A stretch of DNA of 64,000 bases from Candidatus Sericytochromatia bacterium (GTDB lineage: Bacteria > Cyanobacteriota > Sericytochromatia > S15B-MN24 > JAQBPE01): the NCBI GenBank assembly GCA_035285325.1, contig JAYKJB010000021.1, positions 18,549 through 82,548 on the forward strand, given 5' to 3'. A program made the position numbers and the translations under genes. The notes below the pieces were generated by a model. The model made no database searches, had not been told where the DNA came from, and was given only the letters and a program-made list of their open reading frames with translations. Position 1 is the stretch's first letter. Each line of letters starts with the position of its first letter. Below, in pieces: positions 9,078 to 17,263 of the stretch.

Positions 9078-10493
9078 ATGGAAACCAGACAATATGATGC
9101 TGTCGTGATCGGCGCTGGACCGGGCGGATACGCCTGCGGAATCCGACTGGGACAGTTGGGCCTCAAGGCGCTGGTGATCGAAAAAGGGTCGGTGGGGGGA
9201 GTTTGCTTGAACGTGGGATGCATCCCATCCAAGGCCATCATCCACGCGGCAAAGACCCTGGAAAAGACCAAAAAAGCGGACGCGATGGGCATCGTGGTGG
9301 AAAGCGTCCATCTGGACTTTGCCCGTTTGCAATCCTGGAAAGACGGAATCGTCAAGAAACTGACGGGCGGCGTATCGGGACTTCTCAAAGGGAACAAGGT
9401 GGACCTCTTGCAGGGAGCGGCGCGCTTTGTGTCACCGCGGGAACTGGAAGTGGAGACGGCGAGTGGCCCCATTCGCGTGCAGGCCCCTCACATGGTCCTC
9501 GCAACCGGCTCCAGACCGATCGAGGTGCCCGGATTCCCCTTCGGCGGTCCCATCCTGAGTTCCACCGAAGCGCTTTCCCTGCCAGAGGTGCCGGGCCGCT
9601 TGCTGGTCATCGGGGGCGGTTACATCGGATTGGAACTGGGCCAGGCCTACGCCAAGATGGGGGCTGCCGTGACCATCGTCGAAGCTGGCAGCCAGTTGCT
9701 CCCGGGCCAAGATCCAGAACTGGTAGCCGTTGTGGCCAAGAAACTCGCCGCACTGGGCGTCACGGTCCTGACAGACGCGAAAGCAGCGGGCTGGGCGCCA
9801 GATGGAGCCGGGGCGCTCGTCACGGTTGAACGCCAGGGCCAGCGCGAAACCTTGAGCGCTGACAAGGTGTTGGTGACGGTGGGCCGTCGCCCCAACAGCG
9901 AGAACCTGGGCCTGGAAACGGTCGGGGTCGCCGTGGAACGAGGATTCGTCCGGGTGGATGCGCAGCTGAAAACGAATGTAGCCGGCATTTACGCGATTGG
10001 CGACGTGGCCGGGCAGCCCATGCTGGCGCACAAGGCGTCGATGGAGGCTGAAATTGTGGCGGAGGTGATCGCCGGGCATCCGGCTCAGTGGGACGCGCAA
10101 GCCATCCCTGCCGTCATCTTCACGGATCCCGAGATCGCGACCGTGGGACTCTCGCCGGCTGAGGCGGCGAATCAGAAGCTTCCCGTTCTGACCGGAAAGT
10201 TTCCGTTTGGGGCCTCCGGGCGAGCCATGACGACTGGAGAAACCGAGGGGTTTGTCAAGGTGCTGGTGCATGCCGAGACCCACCGTTTGCTGGGAGTAGG
10301 GATCGTGGGGCCACAGGCCTCCGACCTCGTCGCAGAGGCCACCTTGGCCCTTGAGATGGGGGCCTTCACCGACGACATCGGCCTGACCATTCACGCCCAC
10401 CCCACCTTGCCCGAGGCCTTCATGGAAGCGGTCAAACACGCCGTCGGCGAGGCCGTCCACACCCTCAACCAACCCGCTCTGGCCAAGCGCTGA
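9078..10493 (+). CDS. lpdA: Dihydrolipoyl dehydrogenase (E3)
   Basis: 'YDAVVIGAGPGGY' is the FAD-binding site, 'GGVCLNVGCIPSK' the redox disulfide, and 'HAHPTLPE' the C-terminal His-Glu dyad region. Confidence 0.92.
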   Translation: METRQYDAVVIGAGPGGYACGIRLGQLGLKALVIEKGSVGGVCLNVGCIPSKAIIHAAKTLEKTKKADAMGIVVESVHLDFARLQSWKDGIVKKLTGGVSGLLKGNKVDLLQGAARFVSPRELEVETASGPIRVQAPHMVLATGSRPIEVPGFPFGGPILSSTEALSLPEVPGRLLVIGGGYIGLELGQAYAKMGAAVTIVEAGSQLLPGQDPELVAVVAKKLAALGVTVLTDAKAAGWAPDGAGALVTVERQGQRETLSADKVLVTVGRRPNSENLGLETVGVAVERGFVRVDAQLKTNVAGIYAIGDVAGQPMLAHKASMEAEIVAEVIAGHPAQWDAQAIPAVIFTDPEIATVGLSPAEAANQKLPVLTGKFPFGASGRAMTTGETEGFVKVLVHAETHRLLGVGIVGPQASDLVAEATLALEMGAFTDDIGLTIHAHPTLPEAFMEAVKHAVGEAVHTLNQPALAKR

Positions 10494-10553
10494 GACGACG
10501 TTCCGCGCCTCGAACGCAGAGGCCAGATGTCGCCCCAGTCCTCCCTCCACCAG

Positions 10554-13500
10554 TCAGGTACCAGGCTCGGGGGTCCCCTCCAGCCTGGCCCGCTGCAAGG
10601 CCTCTTGCGCCCTGGCCAGCACGACATTGATGGTGCCATCCGCAGGCCGCCAGTCTGCCACGCCACACGACACCTTCACGGGCGGAAGTGGGTCGTCTGG
10701 CGACTGGCGCTCGTGCGACGCGCGAATCTGGGCGGAGGCCCGATGCGCCAGGTTCAGGGCGTCCGTCCCCGGCGTCTCGGGACAGAGAACCACAAACGCC
10801 TCTCCCCCAAGTCGGGCCACCAGATCAGTTTCACGAGCCGCATCGGCCAGGACCTGCCCGACGCGTTGCAGGATTTGATCCCCAACGGCCGGGCCAAATT
10901 GCTCCCTGGTTTCCTGAAAGTGGTCTACTTCGAAGCACAGGAGTGCAAGGGCGCGATTCTGCCTGCGCGCCAGGGCCAGTTCGCGGTCTGCGGTCGCCAG
11001 GAAGGCCCGCCGATTTCGCAGGCCAGTCAGCGCATCCAGGTTGGCGACCCTGTCGGCCTGACGCACGGCCCTCAATTGCTTTTCGAGTTCCTCGGTATGG
11101 CGCGCGATGCCTTCATACAACGTGGCGTTCTCGAAGGCCGTCGAGGCGTGAGACGCGACCAGCGCCAGCTGGTCCAGGTCCTGCAGCGAGTAGGCCACCC
11201 GAGCCGCCTGACTGTCGACATAGAGCACCCCCAAGCACCGTCCCTTTGCGATCATGGGAGCCACCATGACGGCCTTCAGGTTCAAAGCCGCCACCGACTT
11301 TCCTGGTTCAAAATCCTCCAATTTTTGACCTTCGATCAGGGCAGCCGGTTCCCGGCGGGCCGCCACCCGGAGACACACACTCATGGACAGGGGCTGATTT
11401 CGGATGTCACGCCCGCCCCGGTCCAGACCTGCTCGCACCAGCAGGTCCTCGTAACGGCCCTGGGACTTCAGCAAGGCAAAGGCCCGCTCCGCTCCGGTGA
11501 GCTCCAGCGCCACGCGCAACACCGCCTGGGCCACATCATCGACCACCAGGGAGGCGTTGATGGACGCCACCATCCGATTGAAGGTGGCGAGCTGCTCCCG
11601 CTTGGCTCCCCAAGCACGAATCATCAGGCCATAGTGAGAGGTGACGCCTGACAAGTCCGACGTGATCTGCCCAAATCGCTGCAACATGTCCTGATGGGCC
11701 TCAGCACTGAGCAGCAAGGTCCCACCGCCCGCCCAGACCCGTTCGAGAACGGTTTTGACCCCCTCCTGAGAAGCCACCTGAGCCCGACGGTCAGCCGGTA
11801 AGGTCCCCAACATCCGACGCAGGAGCCGCTGCGCATCCTGGAAATTGGCAATAGCCGCTTCTGCCAGCGGGTTGCAACGACCGGAACCGTCCAGGGCCCG
11901 CGCTGTCAACCAGGGCAATCCCATCTCGTCGGCGTGGTGGCGAGCCAGTTGAAAATGGCGCGCCGCATCCGAGCCGCCTCGCAGAAGCGAGCATTCGCCT
12001 TGGAGGCATTCCAGATAGGCGAGCGCTCGTCTCGCCCCGGCCGACTTCAAGGGTTCGCCCAGCCCAGCCAAGGCGTCCGCAGCCCCCGAGGCGTCACCGA
12101 CCGCCAGGCGGATGCTGGCAAGTTGCAGGCGTGCCTCGGTTTGGGCCGCAAGATTCGAATTCGCGGGCAAGGCTCGCAAGGCATCAGCCCGGGCCGCCTC
12201 CCACTCGCCCCGGGAAAGCCTGAGGTGAGACCGGGCCAGGAACCATTCAGCCGTATCCGGCTGGCCCGGGGCCCAATGGACCGCCAGGCGGTCGAGACAC
12301 GCTTGCAGCTCTTCCTGCAGGCCCACGCGACAGGCCGCGTGGGCGAGACGGGAAAGCGGCCATTCCAGTTCCGACGTTGGGCTCGCCCCATACGCCTCCA
12401 GCAGGCGCTCCAGCAACGCAAAGGCTTCCTCCAGGCGGCCCTGCTCCACCAGGACCCAGCCCTGCAGGGCTTGGGACTGTTGGAGCAGCAGCCCATTGTC
12501 TGCCTGGTCGAGCGCCGCGCGAGGCAATACCTCCAAGGCCTGGTCCAGCGAACCACATTCAGCGAGCACGAGCGCATGGCGCAAGCGCCTGCCGGCCAGC
12601 TGTTCCTCAGATTCCCTACGCTCACTCAGCAGAAGCCAGTCTGGCATGACCTGGCGCAATTCCCGCCAACGTCCCAGGGACCAGGCCAGTGCCACAAGCT
12701 GAGTCAACATGTCGTATTTCAAACTGGAGAGCGCATCGGGGCAGTCCAGCAGGGCCGTCACGGCCTCCTCGAACAGGGGCGTTTGCCAATCCTTCACCGT
12801 CTGGCAGCGCAACAGGGCAGTGGCGGCTGCCAACCAGGCCCCGATGTCCCCAGGCACGGCAACTTGCTCCGCGCGCAGGGAATGCAGGACCGCCTCTGCC
12901 TCCTGCAGGCGATGCTCCCCCAGCAGGATGGTGGCGAGCTCGAGGCGAGGTCGAAACCGTCCCCAGCGCAAGCTTTCGAGGGATGATTCCGCACACAGGA
13001 CCTCCAGGCTCTCACGCGCGCGTTCCCGTTCCCGCAATCCGCCGCTCCGATGCAAGCAGATGGCCAAAGCGAGTTGCAGGTCTCGCGTGTTACCAGGCCG
13101 TCCGGCGTTGAGGGCGATCGCCCGCTCGAGCTGGCCCCGCGCAGCCTGCCAGTCAGCCTTCTGGGCAGCGACCCAGGCCAACCCTTCAAGCGCATCCTCC
13201 TGGACGGCGATGGCCACCATCGCCGTGTGGAGGCCACCCAGCAACGCCAAAAAACAAGTCTCGGCCGTGCTGGTTGCTCCGAGGCTCAGGGCATACCATC
13301 CGGCGTCATGCCATTGTTTCGAAGCGTCCACTCCGGCTGCTGATTCGTGGTAGGCCAGACGCAGACTGCGCGAGGTCACCGGCCACCAGGGGGCAACCGG
13401 TGAGAGTTCCACATAGTTCGCCAGGCGCTGATGGTGAGCCTGACGTGTCGCCGGAGCCAGGTGCTCGCGGCCCCACGCAAGTTCATCGTTCGCGAGGAGG

Positions 13501-15356
13501 ATGCCGGCTGGATACAAGCGCGCGCGGCCCAGCCCCAAGAGCGCGGAGAGATGGCGGAGGGCCTGCTCCGGGGCCTCGGCAGCGAGCAGGCCAGCCCAAT
13601 CCAGCAGCCCATCGGGGTGGGTCAGGGCCACCAAGCAAATGATGTCCCTCCCATCCGCCACAGAATCAGCCTCCCCGGAGGATTCTCGCTCCGCAGAGGC
13701 ATCCAGGACCTGTGGCCAGAGGGTTTCCGGAAGACGCCAGCCTCCAGGGGTCTCCACGATCACGCGCTTCGACGTGAGCTGAGCGAGCAGGTCAGCCGCT
13801 CGCTGATAATCTCCGCCTGAGTGGCGGCGCAAGGCCGCGGCAAAACGAGAAGGCACGCGGGGAAGTTGAAAAATGGCGGCCAGCCAGTCTTCAAAGTCGT
13901 GGTCATCCGGCGCCTTCACGGGCAGGCTGCGAGCAGGCAAATCCCCCAAACCAGCCCGGGTTGATACCACCCACACCAGTCCGGGACGCTCCACCCGCAG
14001 CACGGCACGCAGCAGGCTCTGGCTGGGCTCGTCCAGGGCCTCCCAACCGTCGATGAAGCAGACCAGCGGCCCTCGCTGCGCCAAGGCATCGAACAGACCG
14101 TTCCCGGCGGCCACCAGGTGGTCCAGGGGGCGCTCATCCAGGCGAAGCGGCACCAGGGGGTCCTGGCATCGCTGGTCCAAGGCGGCCAACGCGTCACTGC
14201 AGAGTGCCGCGGCTGATTCGTCCCTGGAGCTCAGAGCCGCGCGGAGGGCCAGCAAGATTTGCCGCCAGGCCACCAGTGGAACCTGTGAAGGCGTGGCCTG
14301 GAACCACACGCTTGGAATGCCTTCCCGCAGGCAGTCTGCCCGCAGGACACGCAACAGGCGAGACTTCCCTCCCCCCGTCGGCGCACGAGCCTCCAGCAGG
14401 GCCCCACGAGACGTCGTTGCCACCTGGATGGCATCCCAACCTGCCGAGGCCGAGGCCTGAAGCGAACGAGGCATCGACGCCCGAAAATCGACCGTCAGAC
14501 TTCGCTCCTGTTTCTGCTTGCCTGAAGGGGGCGCCAGGAAAGTTTCCCAGGCCTGCTGACGGGCAGCGGGCTCGGGGGACAGCAACCGCTGCAGTAGCCG
14601 CAAGAGTTCCTGCGCCTCACCGGTGCCACGGAGTTCAGTCGCCGGAGGCGGCCCAGCCAGCAGGCACCCGGCCAGCGCATCGTCACGAACCGAAGCAAAG
14701 GGGTGACTCCCGGTCAGCAAAGTCCATCCCAGAACACCGAGCCCCCACATGTCCGTGCGATAACTGAGTGGTTCCCCTCGTAAGGCCTCAGGAGGCGTGT
14801 CAGGGCGAAGCGCTTCGACAAGCGTCCCCACCTCACTCCCCTCTGGCAGGCAGCACCACCAGTTCAGCACGACGGGCATCCCCTCAGCCGTGAATCGGAC
14901 GGCGTGGGCGGCCAGATGTCCGTGGTACCAACCTAGTGCGTGCAGGGCGTCGAGCACGCGGGCCAGCTGTTCGAGGATTTCGCGGACGCGCGAGACGGGG
15001 AGAGGCGCAAGTTCCTCGACGCTCGGACCATCCACCCAATCACTTTGCAAGACCATCGAGCCCGTGCGGGTTCGTCGGATGGGGCCGGCCAGCACGCAAG
15101 CTGGATCCGCGAGACTGTTCCAAATCTGCCGGACCAGCACCAAACGCAGGGGATCCAGGTCCCAAGCAGACAAGTACTCGCGCACCCCGATTCGCTTTCC
15201 GCCCTGCAGCGGAACGAGGACGCGCCACGGTCCCGGCGACGCATCCACCTGCGCGATCGCCTTGTAGCCTAATGGTTGGAGTGGATCCGACTCGCTCATG
15301 ACTGTCCTGACAGGGCGCCGACCAGCCCGCGCCCCCCTCATATACCCGACCGCCAC
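10554..15356 (-). CDS. Giant multidomain signalling protein: degenerate Ser/Thr kinase (pseudokinase), STAND-like P-loop NTPase, long TPR array, GAF, GGDEF with degenerate GGEAF motif and intact RxxD I-site
   Basis: N-terminus: the kinase-fold catalytic loop reads 'HGHLAAHAV' (verified at 14898-14924), where HRDLKPxN has lost its D, K and N, and DFG is replaced by 'NWW'. Walker A 'APTGGGKS' is at about 14361-14384. More than 600 aa of Ala/Leu-rich TPR-like repeats follow. The GAF domain contains 'LGVLYVD'. The GGDEF domain opens with 'LDALTGLRNRRAF' and its active site reads 'RETDLVARLGGEAF' (GGEAF verified at 10794-10808). Confidence 0.85.
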   Translation of the reverse strand: MAVGYMRGARAGRRPVRTVMSESDPLQPLGYKAIAQVDASPGPWRVLVPLQGGKRIGVREYLSAWDLDPLRLVLVRQIWNSLADPACVLAGPIRRTRTGSMVLQSDWVDGPSVEELAPLPVSRVREILEQLARVLDALHALGWYHGHLAAHAVRFTAEGMPVVLNWWCCLPEGSEVGTLVEALRPDTPPEALRGEPLSYRTDMWGLGVLGWTLLTGSHPFASVRDDALAGCLLAGPPPATELRGTGEAQELLRLLQRLLSPEPAARQQAWETFLAPPSGKQKQERSLTVDFRASMPRSLQASASAGWDAIQVATTSRGALLEARAPTGGGKSRLLRVLRADCLREGIPSVWFQATPSQVPLVAWRQILLALRAALSSRDESAAALCSDALAALDQRCQDPLVPLRLDERPLDHLVAAGNGLFDALAQRGPLVCFIDGWEALDEPSQSLLRAVLRVERPGLVWVVSTRAGLGDLPARSLPVKAPDDHDFEDWLAAIFQLPRVPSRFAAALRRHSGGDYQRAADLLAQLTSKRVIVETPGGWRLPETLWPQVLDASAERESSGEADSVADGRDIICLVALTHPDGLLDWAGLLAAEAPEQALRHLSALLGLGRARLYPAGILLANDELAWGREHLAPATRQAHHQRLANYVELSPVAPWWPVTSRSLRLAYHESAAGVDASKQWHDAGWYALSLGATSTAETCFLALLGGLHTAMVAIAVQEDALEGLAWVAAQKADWQAARGQLERAIALNAGRPGNTRDLQLALAICLHRSGGLRERERARESLEVLCAESSLESLRWGRFRPRLELATILLGEHRLQEAEAVLHSLRAEQVAVPGDIGAWLAAATALLRCQTVKDWQTPLFEEAVTALLDCPDALSSLKYDMLTQLVALAWSLGRWRELRQVMPDWLLLSERRESEEQLAGRRLRHALVLAECGSLDQALEVLPRAALDQADNGLLLQQSQALQGWVLVEQGRLEEAFALLERLLEAYGASPTSELEWPLSRLAHAACRVGLQEELQACLDRLAVHWAPGQPDTAEWFLARSHLRLSRGEWEAARADALRALPANSNLAAQTEARLQLASIRLAVGDASGAADALAGLGEPLKSAGARRALAYLECLQGECSLLRGGSDAARHFQLARHHADEMGLPWLTARALDGSGRCNPLAEAAIANFQDAQRLLRRMLGTLPADRRAQVASQEGVKTVLERVWAGGGTLLLSAEAHQDMLQRFGQITSDLSGVTSHYGLMIRAWGAKREQLATFNRMVASINASLVVDDVAQAVLRVALELTGAERAFALLKSQGRYEDLLVRAGLDRGGRDIRNQPLSMSVCLRVAARREPAALIEGQKLEDFEPGKSVAALNLKAVMVAPMIAKGRCLGVLYVDSQAARVAYSLQDLDQLALVASHASTAFENATLYEGIARHTEELEKQLRAVRQADRVANLDALTGLRNRRAFLATADRELALARRQNRALALLCFEVDHFQETREQFGPAVGDQILQRVGQVLADAARETDLVARLGGEAFVVLCPETPGTDALNLAHRASAQIRASHERQSPDDPLPPVKVSCGVADWRPADGTINVVLARAQEALQRARLEGTPEPGT

Positions 15357-15421
15357 AGTCGGCCACTACTTGGTTGGAAACCCTGGTATCATGCGGCGTG
15401 TTGTTCTTACGGTGAATCAGT

Positions 15422-16129
15422 GTGATGCCAACCTCGCCAGACGCCCCGCCGCCGAACGGCCCCGCGGCCACCGCGGTGTACTGGTTGGGCACGGTGCCCT
15501 ATCACGAGGCGTGGTTGCTGCAGCAAACCCTGCTTGCGGAGATTTACCGGGGCAGCCAGCCCGAAACCCTCTTGATGCTCGAACATCCCCCCGTGATTAC
15601 CTTGGGAAGGCGCAAGGAGGCCCGCCAGAACGTGCTGGATGCGGGAGACGTCGACGTGGTCGAAGTTGAACGTGGTGGCGACGCGACCTATCACGCCCCG
15701 GGGCAATTGGTTTGCTACCCCCTGCTGGCCCTGGCGCCTCACGAACGCGACCTGCATCGCTTCCTCAGGAACCTGGAACAAGCGGTGATCGACACCCTGC
15801 TGGAGCTGAATTTGCAAACCGGAAGGCGAGACGGTTTTAGCGGCGTCTGGTATCGCGAGCGGAAACTGGCCAGTGTGGGAGTCGCGGTGAAGCACTGGGT
15901 GACCTATCACGGCATCGCGCTGAACGTCTCGAACGATGTGAGCGCCTTCCAGCGGCTGCACCCCTGTGGACTCGCGGCAGACGTGATGGCCTCCGTGGCG
16001 GATTTTCTGGTTCAACCGCCCCCCACGTGTGAGACCTTGGCGTCACGATTTGCCCTGGCCTTCTCCCGGGCGTTCGCGCGCGAGTTGCATTGGGTATCCG
16101 GCCATCCGTGCCAGGGAGGGACGGCATGA
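15422..16129 (+). CDS. lipB: Octanoyltransferase (lipoyl(octanoyl) transferase)
   Basis: 'DATYHAPGQLVCYPLL' and 'KLASVGVAVKHWVTYHGIALNV' are LipB signatures, with the catalytic Cys in 'LHPCGL'. Confidence 0.85.
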   Translation: MMPTSPDAPPPNGPAATAVYWLGTVPYHEAWLLQQTLLAEIYRGSQPETLLMLEHPPVITLGRRKEARQNVLDAGDVDVVEVERGGDATYHAPGQLVCYPLLALAPHERDLHRFLRNLEQAVIDTLLELNLQTGRRDGFSGVWYRERKLASVGVAVKHWVTYHGIALNVSNDVSAFQRLHPCGLAADVMASVADFLVQPPPTCETLASRFALAFSRAFARELHWVSGHPCQGGTA

Positions 16130-17193
16130 AACTCCCCGGAGATCCCTCAGGATTACCCGCTGGAAGGCTGGAGGTGGCGCTCCGGGAAGCCGCTGATCGT
16201 CACGACGAGGAAGCATTCGCCACGCTGATCGACTGGATTCTGGAACGCCGCCCGACCGAAGCCGTCGAACTGCTGGCACGCTACCTGGGACACACGCGTG
16301 GCATCGGCCGACGAGCGGCGCACGCTCTGTTACGGCTGGGAGAGTCAGCGGCGCCCGTCTTGCGGGAATTGCTCGAGTCGGGTTCGCCGCGCGCCCAAAT
16401 CGATGCGGCCTGGGCGCTGGGCTCTCTGCCTGGCGAGGAATCCAGGCGTGCCTTGCTCGCGGGCGTCAGCCATCCGGCGGGCGACCAAGCCCTGACCGAT
16501 GCTTGCATTGATGCCTTGATGGAAATGGCTGACCCGATGAGCTTGCAGCCTCTGCTGGAACTGGCACAGCGAGACCAACCGCCGAGTCGGCTGGCCAGGT
16601 TGTGTCGGGCCCTCGGGCACCTCGGTGAAAAAGAGGCCATCCCCGTGTTGATGTCCCACCTGTCCCACGCGGATGAAGACGTCCGCTTGCGGGCCGCCGA
16701 GGCCCTGGCCCGTCTCTCCGAGGCGAGTGCGTGGCCGGTCCTGTTTACCCTTTTACGCGGTTCCAGCCCGGTGTCGTCCGAACTCGCCGGAACGCTTCGC
16801 GCGCTGGGTGACCTGACGCGGTCGGCCCCTTTGCTGCTCGGCGCGGCCGATGAGTCGGAGCGGGTTCGGCGCGACACGGCGGAGGCGCTGGGGGCGATCG
16901 GCGACGTCAGGGCCGTCGGCCCTCTGATGGAAGTCAGTGAGGACGCCAACCCCTGGATTCGTGGAGAGGTCGCCTATGCCCTCGGTCGGATTGCCGATCG
17001 CCGTGGCCTGCCATGCCTGCTGCGAGCGCTCAAAGACCCCTCGGATTGGGTCCGTATGTGTGCCATTCGCGGCCTGGGCCTGCTGGGAGACCCCAGCACG
17101 CTGAAACATGTGCGCCCCCTGCTGGAGGATGCCAACCCCGAGGTGAGGAGCGCAGCTCGGGATGCGTCCGAGATGCTGGAGTTGGACCTCTGA
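16126..17193 (+). CDS. HEAT-repeat (PBS-lyase-like) protein
   Basis: Repeated 'xxVRxxAAxALGxIGDxxAVxxL' units (for example 'ERVRRDTAEALGAIGDVRAVGPL' and 'NPWIRGEVAYALGRI'). The ATG at 16126 overlaps the lipB stop by 4 nt and follows GGGAGG. Confidence 0.7.
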   Translation: MKLPGDPSGLPAGRLEVALREAADRHDEEAFATLIDWILERRPTEAVELLARYLGHTRGIGRRAAHALLRLGESAAPVLRELLESGSPRAQIDAAWALGSLPGEESRRALLAGVSHPAGDQALTDACIDALMEMADPMSLQPLLELAQRDQPPSRLARLCRALGHLGEKEAIPVLMSHLSHADEDVRLRAAEALARLSEASAWPVLFTLLRGSSPVSSELAGTLRALGDLTRSAPLLLGAADESERVRRDTAEALGAIGDVRAVGPLMEVSEDANPWIRGEVAYALGRIADRRGLPCLLRALKDPSDWVRMCAIRGLGLLGDPSTLKHVRPLLEDANPEVRSAARDASEMLELDL

Positions 17194-17263
17194 TGTCTGC
17201 GAGGGTGGCCGGAGCGGGGTGTATGATAGGGCTATCCGCTGTCTGCCGAGCCTTGACCCACCG

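Noticed and set aside
12247-12558. A Gly/Pro/Ala-rich ORF (103 aa) and neighbouring ORFs inside the 1600-aa gene.
   Set aside because: These are alternative frames of a very GC-rich TPR-coding region. Their composition is a frame artefact.
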